Shown here: piece by piece, positions 1 through 14,106 of the stretch
How the letters are laid out: each line of letters begins with the position of its first letter
Position numbering within the stretch: the first letter of the stretch is position 1
The notes under the pieces: model-generated
Databases searched by the model: none
What the model saw: only the letters and a program-made list of their open reading frames with translations
What the model was told of the DNA's origin: nothing
NCBI RefSeq assembly: GCF_009914755.1
Contig: NC_060938.1
Reading direction: 5' to 3' (one strand)
From: the human T2T-CHM13v2.0 reference genome, Homo sapiens
DNA length: 64,000 nucleotides
Program-made: the position numbers and the translations under genes

Positions 1-320
1 ATGAGGAATGACAGGGCGTCTTGCCCAAAGTCTCTCAACTGAGCTGGAGTTGCGATTCAAACCCATAGTTGTTGATCTTACTGTTTTCGACCCCACACAT
101 TTTCTGAGTGGGGCTGTTCTCAGCCTGAACCTGTTACTCGTGTCAAAATTGTCCTGAATTGGATGGTGCTCTGAGGCTCTGTCCTTGCAATGTCCACAAG
201 TAGGTGAAGATGAGGCCCATAAATTCACTTGCCCCACTTGTAGCCCTGGCAGTATAACTTCAGTCTCCTGAGATGAAAGTCGTAGGAACTTTTGAACACC
301 ACTCCATTGGACAGTTATGA

Positions 321-752
<432 letters not shown>

Positions 753-887
753 TCCTTTCACATTTATCAGGGCTCTGAGGGTCTGCAGATGTAGGGCAGG
801 CATCCTGAAGACGTGCATCCCGTGGCAAACTGTCCAAAGGACATGGTTTTAATGTGGGTCCTGGTCTATCCACCCACCAGGACCTGA

Positions 888-1258
<371 letters not shown>

Positions 1259-1524
1259 TGCTCTGCTCTTGATAAACACATGTCTCATAGTGCCACAGGT
1301 TGCTGCAATTGGAGGCCATGCCCTACTCTCCCAATTAGAATGTAAGCCTCTACAAGGTAGGAACTTTGCCTTTTAACTCCTTATATTCTTCCCAGCAGCA
1401 TTTTTCAAATATAGGCCCTGACCCAGTAGCAAATCATGAAATTAGTTTAGTAAGTGTCACCAACATTAAATTAAAATAATCAGAATGAAATAGAACAGAA
1501 AATTTCTGGTTGCAAAATATCTAG

Positions 1525-1897
1525 TGTTATTTAGTGCATGTATATTTCCCTCACCCCCAAATTCATAGTTTGAAGCCCTAACCCCCAGTGTAGCTCTATT
1601 TGGAGTAAGGAAGTAATTAAGATTAAATGAAGTAATAGGGGTGGATCTGATAGGATTAGTGTCATTCTAAGAAGAAACACCAGAGAGCATGCTCTCTCTC
1701 TTTCCCTCTTATATACACACATGTGAAGATAGTGAGAAGGTGGCCGTCTGCAAGCCAGAAGAGAGCCCTCACCAGAAGCCTACCCTGAAGGATCTGGGTC
1801 TTGGACTTCTAGCCTCCAGAACTGTGAGATAATACATTTCTGTTTAAGCCACCCAGTCTACGATATTTTGTTATGGCAGCCTGAGCAGACTAATGTG
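1525..1897 (+). mobile_element. MaLR solo LTR (MLT1A-like)
   Basis: caaattcata..gaagccctaaccccca 5' part; ttggacttctagcctccagaactgtgag..gccacccagtcta 3' part. Confidence 0.85.
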
Positions 1898-1931
1898 CCT
1901 ACAGGAGAGTTGTTCAGTGAAATGTGTGTGG

Positions 1932-1933
<2 letters not shown>

Positions 1934-1963
<30 letters not shown>
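1934..1963 (+). repeat. (TG)n microsatellite
   Basis: Direct reading. Confidence 0.95.
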
Positions 1964-1965
<2 letters not shown>

Positions 1966-2807
1966 ATATGAGAGAGAGCTGGGTTTTGGGTTTTGATATA
2001 AAAATGTGTTTCTTAGTATTGATCATGAACAAAAAAGTTTGAGAGCAACTGTACTACCAGACTTTATGCATAGTGGGCAATCGATAAATAAATGTTTAAT
2101 AACGAGGAAAGCAAAAAGAGATTGAGAAAAGAGGAAAAGAAAGAGGCAGGGAGGAACGGAGGAAGGAATGACAGAAGGGCATTAGGACAGTTTTCTGTCC
2201 TCAATATGAGCAGAAATCATGGGCCCCACCAGGCATGATTTACATAATTTGGGAAAAGTTTTGACGAAACTGAGACAGACAGAAAAAGACAGATAGGGAG
2301 TAACCAAAGAGTTCACAAACCAAAACCTCATAAATCAGTCCTGACATTTCATCATCTCATTTTTTACTCATTCTGGTTTGTGAGCCTTGATATAGGAGTT
2401 TGCAATAAATTTTAATTTCCTGTTGGTTTGAGAAAATTCAAGACTGTGATATTTGAAAATACTTTTAGGCAATCCAGCTCCTTATTGCCAACTGGATTTC
2501 TCCTTGATAGGTCTGATCCGATGGTGATTCAAGCATTGCTTTGTAGCCCTAGACTGAAATAACCAGGATAACCCCGATCAGAGCAAAAGATCTTCCAGAA
2601 ACCTCCTGGGTTTTTGTTTTATTTTTAATCAGACTACCCATGAACTCAATGTATATTGATGCACACAGAAGAAATAATACCAGAGACAAACAGAAACATT
2701 TCTTAATGAGAGAGGAATAAATTCAGTAGGAGAAAATAACAGTCCTAAACATGTATGCACCTCATAAGAGAACTTCAAAAAACATGAAGCAAAACCTGAC
2801 AGAATTG

Positions 2808-3620
2808 GAGCCAAGCTGAAAAAGCTCCCAATGGCCAAAGTTGGAACATTCTGAGCAACAAAATAAATAATGTGGTATTGGATTATATCCTAAAGTATAA
2901 AATACATGGCCTTAAATCAACATAGATATAAAAATGATAGAATAGATAAAAAAGAAGACACAAATCTCCTTGTAGAAGTATCCCAAATAATATATATTTC
3001 ACCCTCCCATTGAGTGTGGCTGTGCTTAGTGACTTACCTACAAGGAGTGAAGTACGGAAAGGAGAGAAAAAGTAACTTTACAGTGCAGAAACCTGGTAAA
3101 TGCCGCCTTGGCCTAGTAGTCAAGGTTAACTTCATCAATAATAATTCATTGACAGCATGTACCTTTGATATGACATGATAAGAATGGCACTTCACCTCTG
3201 TGATCTTCCTTCTCCAAACCCATAGCATCAGTCTAACCATTAGAAAAACATCAGACAAACCCACACTGAGGAATAGTGTACACAATATTGGACCAGAACT
3301 CCTCAAAACTGTCAAGGTCCTTAAAAATAAGGGAAGTCTGGAGAAACTGTCATAGACAAGAAGAGGCTAAGGAGATTTAATGGCTAAATGGTATGTAATA
3401 TCCTGGATTAGATCTTAGAACAAAAAACGGATACTAAGAAAGAAAGAATGACATTGAATAAACTATAGGGTCTGGTTAAAAGCCATGTTGGTTCCTTTGT
3501 GCAACAAATTAACTATAGTAATGTAAGATATTAACAGCAGGGGAAACTGGGTTCAGTGCATGTGGGAATGCTCTGTACTCTCTTTGTAAACCCAAAACTA
3601 TTATAAAAATAAGAGTAAAG
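2808..3620 (+). mobile_element. L1MC/L1MD-type 3' UTR inserted into the older L1
   Basis: Motifs agtaactttacagtgcagaaacctgg, gaatggcacttcacctctgtg, ctcctcaaaactgtcaagg; host ORF2 resumes after it. Confidence 0.8.
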
Positions 3621-3984
3621 AATCAGAACTAAAAGGAAAAAGACAAATATAGGAGATTTCAATATTTATCTCTCAATAAATTGACAGAATAAGTAGACAA
3701 AAATTAGTAAAAATATAGAAGCCTTGCACAACACTATTCATCAATCTACCTAATTGACATTTAGAGAACACTCTATCCAACAAGAGCAAAATACATACTC
3801 TTTTCAAGAGAACATGAAATATCTACAAAGACAGACCATATCCTAGGCTGTAAAACATATCTCAGTAAGTTTTAAAAGATTTAAATCATATACTATGTAT
3901 TATTCTCTGACCACAAAAATTAAGCTCTAAACAAAAAGATATTGGAAAATTCCCAAATATTTGGAAATTTAAAAGCTCACTTCT

Positions 3985-4320
3985 GGCCAGGGGGAGTGGA
4001 TCATGCCTATAATACTAGCACTTTGTGAGGCTGAGCTGGGAGGATTGCTTGAGTCCAGGAGTTTGAGAGACAGCTTCGGCAACATAGCAAAAACTCATCT
4101 CTACAAAAAATAAATAAATACATTTCTTAATTAGCCAGGTGTGGTGGTGCATGCCTGTGGTCTCAGCTACTCGGCAGGCTGAAGTGGGGGGATCACTTGA
4201 GCCCATCAGGTTGAGGCTATAGTGAGCTATGATCACACCACTGCCATCTAGCTTGGTTGACAGAGTGAGACCCTGTCTCAAAAACAAACAAACAAACAAG
4301 AAACAAAACAAAACAAAATC
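3985..4320 (+). mobile_element. AluJ
   Basis: J-type right arm (gaggctatagtgagctatgatc); (AAAC)n tail; TSD ctcacttct. Confidence 0.9.
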
Positions 4321-4784
4321 AAAACTCTCCTCACTTCTAAATATTTCATGGACCCAAGAAGAAATTGTAAGGAAAATTAGAAAGTATTTTTAAATGAATG
4401 GTAATGAAAACAAAATGTATCAAAACTTGTGAAATCAACCAGTACAATGATTTGAGAGAAATTTGTAATATTTAATGCTTAAATTAGAAAAGAAGGAAGA
4501 TCTCACATCAATGACCTCAGTTTTCTCCTTATGAAACTAGACAAAGAAAAGCAAACTAAACCCCTAAAAAATAAAAACGAAAGAAATAATAAAAATGAGA
4601 GCATAAATAAATGAAACAAAATGGACGAAAAAGAGATAAAACTAAAAGCTTTGACAGAATTAATAAAATGGATCTACCTCTGGTGAGACTGATTTTAAAA
4701 AATAGAAGACCAAAATCACCAATATCTGGCATGAATGAGAAGACAGCACTACAGATCCAACAGACATTAAAAGAAATACAAGAG

Positions 4785-5087
4785 GGCTGGGTGTGGTGGC
4801 TCACACCTGTAATCCCAGCACTTTGGGAGGCTGAGGTGGGTGGATTGCCTGAGGCCAGGAGTTTGAGACCAACCTGGCCAACATGGCAAAACCCCATCTC
4901 TACTAAAAATACAAAAAATTAGCTGGGGATGGTGGTGCATGCCTGTGATCCCAGCTACTCAGGAGGCTGAGACATGAGAATCGCTTGAACTGGGAGGCAG
5001 AGGTTGCAGTGAGTTGAGATCACAACACTGTAGCTGCACTCCAGCCTGTGTGACAGAGCAAGACCCTCTCTCAAATAAAAAAAAAAA

Positions 5088-5113
<26 letters not shown>
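4785..5113 (+). mobile_element. AluS (Sx/Sz-like)
   Basis: Full dimer, long poly-A; TSD aaagaaatacaagag / aaagaaatataaggg. Confidence 0.93.
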
Positions 5114-5118
<5 letters not shown>

Positions 5119-6110
5119 TATAAGGGGAAAGAGCCCAATAAAAAGAAAAGAATAGGCAAATGATTTGAACAAACACTTTACCAACAGTGAGATATGGGTG
5201 GTTAAAAACGGAACAGAACAAAACAGAAACAGACCAAAAAACAAAAATTACTTACTATCATTAATCATTAGGAAAAAACAAATTAAAACCCCAATCAGAT
5301 ACCATTACACACCTGTTTAAATGGCTTAAATAGTTCTTTATATATTCTGGCTACAATCTTTTATAATATATACGTTTCACAAGTATTTTCTCCAACTCAG
5401 TGGCTTGCTTTTCATTTTCTTAACAGTGAATTTTGAAGAGCTAAAGTTTATGATTTTAAAGAAGTCCAGTTAATTAATTTTTATCTTTCAAGGTTTGCAC
5501 TTTTTATATCCTGTATAATAAAGTCTTTGTGTTAACCCAGTTCAATTTTTTAAAAACATATTTTCTTCTAGAAGCTTTATAGTTCGGCTCTTACAGTTAG
5601 TTCTATTATCCATTTATGTAAATAAATTGTGTATAACATGTGAGATTAGGGTAAAGAATCATTTTATTTTCTTATGGACATCCAGTGGCTTTTTGAAAAG
5701 ACTTTCCTTTCCCTATGGCATTACATTGGCACCTTCACTGAAAATCAATTGACAATATATGTGTGGATCTATTTCTAGGCCCCCATTCTGTTCCACAGAT
5801 CTATCTGTCTATCCAACACCACATTGCCCTAATTATGTAGCTTTGTGATAAATCTTAAAATCAGGCAGTGTAATTCCTCCAACTTTTATCTTTTTCAAAA
5901 TAATTTTGCATTTTAATAAAAACATTTAAATAACTATTGATTTCTATAAAAAATCTGTTAGAATATTGATTTGGATTGTGTTGAGTCTATACATTAATTT
6001 GGGAAGAACTGAGATTTTAACATTATTGAGTTTTCTGACTCATAAATGTGGAATATCTCTCTATTAACCTGTCTTTCTTTAATTTCATTCCATGAAGTTT
6101 TATGTTTTAG

Positions 6111-6490
<380 letters not shown>

Positions 6491-6533
6491 CAAATGTTAT
6501 ATTTTAAATTCTCAAGTCCTAACTCTTTGTGAC

Positions 6534-7002
6534 TGTGATGGTTAATACTGAGTGGCAACTTGTTTGGATTGAAGGATGCAAAGTATTTTTCCTGGGTGTG
6601 TCTGTGAGGGTGCTGCCAAAGGAGATTAATATTTGAGTCAGTGGACTGGGAAAGGCAGATCCACCCTTAATCTGGGCGGTAACAATCTAATCAGCTAATC
6701 TAATCAGCTAATCTAATCAGCGGCCAGTGTAGCCAGAATAAAAGCAGGCAGAGGAACGTGAAAACATTAGACTGGCTTAGCCTCCCAGACTACACCTTCC
6801 TCCCGTGCCAGATGCTTCCTGCCCTTGAACATTGGACTCCAAGTTCTTCAGCTTTGGGACTCGGACTGGCTTCCTTGCTCCTCAGCTTGCAGATGGCCTA
6901 TTGTGGGACCTTGTGATCGTGTAAGCCAATACTCCTTAATAAACTCTCCTTTATATATGCATCTATCCTATTAGTTCTGTCCTTCTAGAGAACCCTAATA
7001 TA
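6534..7002 (+). mobile_element. MLT2A1-like (HERV-L) solo LTR
   Basis: Starts tgtgatggttaatactgag, ends ctagagaaccctaatata; 5-bp TSD gtgac (6529-6533 and 7003-7007); about 440 bp without the internal duplication, lacking the MLT2A2 middle block. Confidence 0.9.
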
Positions 7003-7879
7003 GTGACCAAAAAAAGATACAATTGATCTTTGTTTAATAAACTTGCATACTTCAACTTTTCTAATCTTACTTATTCATTCTTGTAACCTATTTGAGAATT
7101 CTTTAGGATTTTCCATGTAGATAATCATGTTGCCTACAAAGGAAGAAAGTTTTACTTCCTCTTGTCCACTGGCCATGCTTCCTCTACCCCCTGCCTCCAC
7201 CCTACCCAACCTCTGCCCCATTTCCAGGATCTCCAGTACAGTGATGAATATAAGTAGTAAGAGTAATAAGATAGGACATAATCCTAGAGGAAAGCATTCA
7301 GTCTTTTACAACTAACTATAATGTTATCTGTAGGTCTTCCATGCCTGATTTTTGATCAGAATGAAGAAATTCCCATCTATTCCTGGTTTGCTGAGCTTTT
7401 ATCATGAATCGAAATTGAATTTTGTCAAATGCTTTATGTGCATCTATTGAGATAATTAGTCAATTTTACTTTTTCAGTCTGTTAATATGGTGAATTACAC
7501 TAACAGTTTTTAGTATTAAACCAAACTTACATTCTGAGACAAATACCAACCACTTGGTCATGATGTATTACCTTTTTTATATATTACTGGATTTGATTTG
7601 TTCAAATCTGTTAAATTTGGGTGTGGGGGCTATGTCATGAGAGAAATTTATTTTTAGTTTTCTTTTTCTGTAATGTCTTTGGTTTTGGTATCAGGGTAAA
7701 GCTGGACTCATAAAATGAACTGGGAAGTATTCCCAGTTGAATTGGTAATAGTTATACCTTAATGTTAAGTTCACCACTGAAGTCATCAGATCCTTCTTTG
7801 TGAGAAGGATAAGTACAAATCTAATTTCCTTAACTGATAATGGATTACTATCTATTTCTTTTTGAATGAGTTTCAAATA

Positions 7880-8760
7880 GTAAATGAGAAACAAATGGGC
7901 AAAAGATTTGAACGCCAGTTCACCAAAGAAGATATCCAAATGCTAAATAAGGACATGAAAAATGCTCATTCATCATTAGGGAAACACAAATTAAAAACAC
8001 AATGAGGTACCATTACATGCATTAGAATGGCTAAAATTAAAAATATTTATAATACTACACATTGGTGAGGACATGGAGCACCTGGAACTCTCTTACATTA
8101 CTAATGGGAAATGTGATATGGTGCAGTCCTTTGAATAACAATTTAAAAGCTTTTTATAAAATTTAATATATACTTATCATATGACCCAGTAATTCAATTC
8201 TTAGATATTTACATTAGAGAAATAAAAACATGTGTTCACCCAAAGATATGTACATAAATGTTCATAGCAATTTCATCTCCAGTAGCTAAAAGCTGAAAAT
8301 AATTCAAATAAAAAATTTGTTTATTCATGTACACACAAATTATAGTATTTCCTTATAATGGAATACTTCTCAATAACAAAAAGAAGTAAACTACTGATAC
8401 ATGTAATAACATGGTGAATCTCAAAGGCATTATGTTAAATGAAAAAGAAGCCAGATATGGAAGACTGCGTGCTGTATGTTTCAATTTTTATGAAATTCTA
8501 GGAAAAGCAAAGCTATAGTAACAGAAACCAGATTAGTCTTTGCCTGAGGCTGGAGATGATGAAATGAGATTAGCTGCACAGGGTCATATGAATACCTTTT
8601 TGAGTGATGGAAATGTTCTATATCTTGATTGTGGTGGTGACTATACAACTGTATACACTCATCAAACTATACATTTAAAAATGGGTGGATTTTATTGTAT
8701 ACAGATTATAACTCAATAAAATTATAAATTTTTATAACTGAAAAAAAAAAAAACAAAACC
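7880..8760 (+). mobile_element. L1 (L1MB/L1ME-type) ORF2 end plus 3' UTR with poly-A
   Basis: aaatgggcaaaagatttgaac...gatggaaatgttctatatcttgattgtggtggtg...ctcaataaa, then an A-run. Confidence 0.88.
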
Positions 8761-9580
8761 AGGTATGGTACTTCATCCCAGAGTGGTAAGGCCCTACAAA
8801 GCCACATGACACGACACTCTGTGGATGCAGGGAAATGTGAAGAATTTGAGCGGTTAAGATTAATGAAATCAATCTGCTATAAAGGGTTTGATTATAATAG
8901 AACCTATCAATTGTTGGAGCTAAAAAGAATTCCTTCAATAAAGAATTTGTTACTTCATACCCGCATTTATGTTGCCTTTTGTTCCCAACTTTTGGCGGTA
9001 CTCTGATGTCATTCCATATTACCACTTGAACTTAAGTCTAATGTTTTTGTGCTTGGATCCCTTTTAGTGACTAAGAGACTAATAATTTAAAAGTTTTGGT
9101 CATCTGGCCAATCTTAGGTGATCTTTACTTAAACTCCTGGGTACTTGCAATGCCAGCATTTCATATATTATTCTTTCTCAGTAGAAAAGCTGAATGACTA
9201 AAGACAAAAAAAGTTAATAAGCTATCATGAAAAACCATTTAGGGATTTTATACACTTTCTCTTTAAACGTAACAAGCCATTCACATGATCACTACAATTT
9301 ATGGAAAAATAAATTATTGCCATTGCAGACACTGTAGTCAATGAATAAAACCCTTCACCCTATTCCTCTAAGAGTGCCATATGCAGGACTATCTCTTCCT
9401 CAAGAGGCCTGAGTTCTAGTAATGAGAAAATTGGTTCTGTCCCGTAGAATCCCATGAGAAATTGAGATTGGAACCACAACATAGAGAACAGAAACTTTTC
9501 ATACTTTTAAAGTTTCTTCTCCAGTTTGGTATGAACAAAGCTTTGTATGCAAATCAAGAATACATTAAAAAATATTCTCC

Positions 9581-9955
<375 letters not shown>

Positions 9956-11648
9956 TTCTCCCAAGAGCACAACTTTGTGACCTTCTGCAAATGACAGAGT
10001 CAGTCTGGTACAGAGGTGGGGGGTTGTATTTTGCCAAGTTTAGAATTAATTCAGTCTCTTTAGTCTAGGCAAATCCCACCAATAAGAACAGTTTGATGTT
10101 CAAATTTGTTTACGCTTTGTAAAATAGAACTTCCTGGTTTTTAATTCTGTAAAGATTTTTTGAAATGAAGTGGCATCTAAATATTGGTTTGATGAGTTAA
10201 ATGCAAATGAATCAGAAATATATGGATACACCTTCCCTCAAATTTACCCAAAATTTTAATAAGGAAGTACTAGCCAAACATACTTTGGGTTGTGTTTAAA
10301 TATCTGGCAAAGCATTTCAAAACATCTGGGGAACCCAGACTGCATTCCAAATGGAAATTTTTTTTCTGTTTGGGTGTTTTGTTTAAATTTTACATGGGAA
10401 ACAAAACACTTGGATTTATCTCCACAAATATGAATCTATTTTCAGTATTTATACCTCACCTGTCACACTGACAGGAAAGTTTTCATAATTTTTTTCCTGG
10501 AAATGAAATCAATTTTCAGAGTGATGAGAGATTCTGTTGAGCTGAGAGTAGTTCAAATCTAGGTTGGGCAAGTCTCCAAGCCTTCTTTTGACACCTGGTT
10601 CTTCTCCGCCACCCCAACCAAGCCCAGTGTCCTCTAGCTGAGTTAGGAACCTCTACTTGACATCATTGTGCATGAATCCCATTCTTGAATGTAGCAAATG
10701 GATCCCTTTTCAGCTCCACTTATTCTTCTAGACCTCAGGGTTCTCATCTTCAATTTCTGTCCTGTTTCCAGACTTTGCTCCAACTCAGCTCTCTGGCTCT
10801 TTCTACTCTGGGACCCCTCGGTAGGGTATCTCCACTCTAATTCAGGATTTTTGGGACAAACTCTTTCTCTCCCCTCACGCAGCTCCCTATGAAGGGAAGC
10901 CTCTCTCTGAGTCTGGACTGTTCTGGTCATGGAAGGGGATGGAGGCCACCGGAGGACCTCAATGAACTCAGTGAAGAACTCAATGAATGTAAGGCCAAGG
11001 TCTTAGGAGGAGAAATTCCTACTGATTTGGGATGAATGGCTACAGAAACTTCCAGAGGTAGTTGTCAATGGAAATAGGACAGTAAAATTTGGTTTGGGGT
11101 GCCCTGGTCCAATGACATGTAAGTTACTGGGAAGTATGAGAATCTCTCTGTCTGTCCAGCCAAGGGCAGACGGTGAAGGACAGTTATAAGGCAATGATTC
11201 AAACAGTCAATTAATTGGGTCTTCAAAATTTTTTTCTACTGTTTTCTACTGGTTCTCTTTGTTTTTGTTTGTTTTTTCTTAGGCTCCTCTCATGCTTATC
11301 TACTGGTTCTCTTCGTAATTTTGATAATTAGGACCTCAAAGGGGGAAAAGTCAAGACGAGAGATAAAACTCAAACTGATCAGCTGTGCTACCTTTTAGCA
11401 GTTACAAAGTTTGAGTTTATGTCTGAATCACTAGGTAAAGCGGAAAGATTAATGACCAAGTGAACTGTGCATGTTGGAAGGACTGGTAATTTATGTCTTC
11501 TCCTTCCCACCTGACACTTCAATCAGAGGAGGACTACTGAATCAAAGGAATTTTTAAAAGACCAATTCTTTGACATGAGAACAAAGGCCCAATTCTGAGA
11601 CCAAGCCTGCTGATTAGGGAACTGCTCGTTCCCCACCGTGGATTTAGA

Positions 11649-11818
11649 CTGGTGGTTTCCAAACCTGGCTGCGCATTAGATTCACCTGGGAAACCTTAAA
11701 AAATAACAATGGCTGGGCCAAAACCCAATGCTGGGTGTAGCCCAGGCATCAGCATTTAAAAAAAAAAAAACAACTCCCTGGTTGATTCTTAGGTACAATC
11801 AGAGTTGAGAATCATTGG
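11649..11818. mobile_element. MER5A-like hAT-Charlie MITE
   Basis: gtggtttccaaac...cattagattcacctggg...gttgagaatcattg. Confidence 0.75.
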
Positions 11819-13059
11819 TTTAGATTGTATTATTAGGTTGGTGCAATCTGAGAAAATTAATGTTTGTCTTGTGGAGGTGTACTTACTTTAAGAGGTCAAC
11901 TAGTACAGAAACTGGGAATGGTGCAAAATAAACTTGAACTCGAGGATCCATGTCCACCCTCATCCATGAAATTACAGACACTCCTTCATGTTCTCATTGT
12001 CTCCCAAGCTAAAAGTGTCAATAAACACTCATGTTCACCCTGCTAAAGATTGCAGGGGAGGGATTCCTTAAACTGCAGCTTTCAGTAAGCATTCCAGGAG
12101 TAAGATCTCTTCCCATGAGTACAGGTAGGTGTGGAGTTTTCCCAGAGGAGGGGATGTCATTTTCTCTCTGGGAATGGGTTCTGGACCCATTAAGTACAAA
12201 TTTATTTCAGTTTCAGCCTTTGTCCCTCCTGTGCTACAGTTTCTTTCTGAAAGTATACCAACCCACCAGTAAAGAAATCTGCCTGTGTCTTTGCAGTTTG
12301 TGTGATGATATTGTGGTGACTGAGGGGGTAAAGTGGCAAAAAGAAGCGGGTCCTCCTGCCTCCTTCTTTCCTGGAGAAAAGGTGGACAGCCCATCGGGAG
12401 GGACAGCACTGCAGAGGACCAGATAATAGGCTCCCACAGATAAGCCAGCAGCTGAGGAGGCAGACAGTTCCTAGTCTCTAGAGGATCTCTGGAAAAAGGA
12501 TTTGTTCAAGAAGAAACAAATTTTCTGACACCATCACACAGTATGTGCTAAAAAATCTTGTATAAATGACTTCAAAAAAATTCCTGATTCATAGCCTTGG
12601 CCAATTTTCATCAAGTAAATACTCCTACCATTGCCAATTTCAGGCTACCGACCCGTAAAATGTGTCACTGAAAGAGGAGTTGGGAAGAAATGTGCAAAAT
12701 CAATTCTGGCAGCCTGCTAGGAGCAGACTTTAGCACATTCTTGTCCCCATGAGTGAGGGGTGCTGGCCCCTTGCAGAAGGAGGGGACCAGCAAATTCTTA
12801 GAGGTTCTGGTGTATTTTCTATAATTTTGTGCACTCTGTGTGTTTTTTCTCCTCTTTTAACACAATCAACCAGCATTCAGCTCTGATTCTTTCAAGTATG
12901 ACCTCATGAACTCAGGCTAAAATAAGTCATTTATCAGAACCAAAATCTGTACTTGGATCCAAATAGGCAGAAAAGGCCGAGGACTGCACCTTTCATAAAA
13001 TAAGAACGACAAATATTTTTGAATGTTTTCCCACATTATTCTAGTCACAAACAGTTTGA

Positions 13060-13560
13060 GATGGTCGATAACAGGTACCATTTACTGAGTGCCCACTATG
13101 TACCAGGTCCATGTATTAACTCATTTTATCTTTATAACCCTATTAGGAAGTTACTATTATTAGGACTACTGTACCTTTTAAACAAATAAGAAGGGATTCA
13201 CCATGTCTATTATAATAATAATAGTAATAATGTATAGTTTCATTCAGAGTATTCACCATGGTGAATACTCTGAATGAAACTATACATCATTCTAGACTAT
13301 TCAAAAGGCAGTTTGATATGGTTAAAAATAGCTGACATTCATTGAGTGCATACTATATACCTGGTGATTTCATGAACTCTCCATTGGATTTTTATAGTTA
13401 TCTATGAATCAGATGTTACTATGTTTATTTTACAGTTAAGGAAAGAGAGGACAGAAAGTGACTTCATGACAGTCAGGTAATTTGTTGATGTCAAGGCCAA
13501 GTATAAAACCCAGGCAGCCTGGCAGCAAAGCTCACTCTTACATATAGGACCCCACTACTT
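13060..13560 (-). mobile_element. Two MIR fragments flanking the 13230-13287 palindrome
   Basis: catttactgagtgcccactatgtaccagg; ttttacagttaaggaaagagagg. Confidence 0.6.
13230..13287. repeat. Perfect 58-bp palindrome with no spacer
   Basis: atgtatagtttcattcagagtattcacca|tggtgaatactctgaatgaaactatacat. Confidence 0.97.
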
Positions 13561-13583
13561 TTCCAAGCAAGAACATCACTAGG

Positions 13584-13980
13584 TGATATGTTTTAGCTGT
13601 GTCCCCACCAAAATCTCATGTTAAATTGTGATCCTGTGTGTTGCAGGTGGGGCCTGGTAAGAGATGATTAGATCATAGGGCTGGTTTCTAATGGTTGAGC
13701 ACCATCCCTCTAGTGCTGTCTTGTGATAGAGTTCTCATGAGATCTGGTTGTTTGAAAGTGAGTAGCACCTTCCCCTTTGCTCTCTGATGGCCATGTGAAG
13801 ATGTAGCTGCTTCCTCTTCACTTTCCCTTCACCTTCTACCATGATTGTAAGTTTCCTGAGGTCTCCCCAGAAGCAGAAGACTATACAGCCTGCAGAATCG
13901 TGAGCCAATTAAACATTTTTTTTAATTAATTACCCAGTCTCAGGTAGTTGTTTATAGCAATGTAAGAATGGACTAATACA
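13584..13980 (+). mobile_element. MaLR solo LTR (MSTA/MSTB-like)
   Basis: tgatatg...tgtgtccccaccaaaatctcatg...ttacccagtctcaggtag...gactaataca; TSD ctagg. Confidence 0.9.
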
Positions 13981-14106
13981 CTAGGCAAATCCCTAACCTT
14001 TGATGTGGATGTCTGGCCTCATTTTAAAAGACTGCACTTCTTACTTAAATGTGTCTCCACAATCACCCTTCTCAATACACACACATTCTTCAGGGTATAA
14101 ATGGTG

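Larger units (their letters stand above)
1393..2051. mobile_element. hAT-Charlie-like MITE interrupted by an MLT1A LTR and (TG)n, itself inside an L2 3' fragment (about 1320-2100)
   Basis: Ends cagcatttttcaaa ... tttgagagcaactg resemble Charlie TIRs; L2 tail motifs (tagaatgtaagc, aataaatgtttaat) flank it. Confidence 0.5.
2630..5330 (+). mobile_element. Old L1 (L1M) ORF2 remnant (endonuclease region plus a distal piece), interrupted by an L1 3' UTR and two Alus
   Basis: Degenerate ORF2 motifs (ctaaacatgtatgcacc = LN.YAP; ggagatttcaat = GDFN; ttctctgaccaca = SDH); A-rich sense strand. Confidence 0.85.

Noticed and set aside
11831-11846. tattaggttggtgcaa, MADE1/Hsmar1 TIR-like
   Set aside because: Only about 16 bp and no partner TIR
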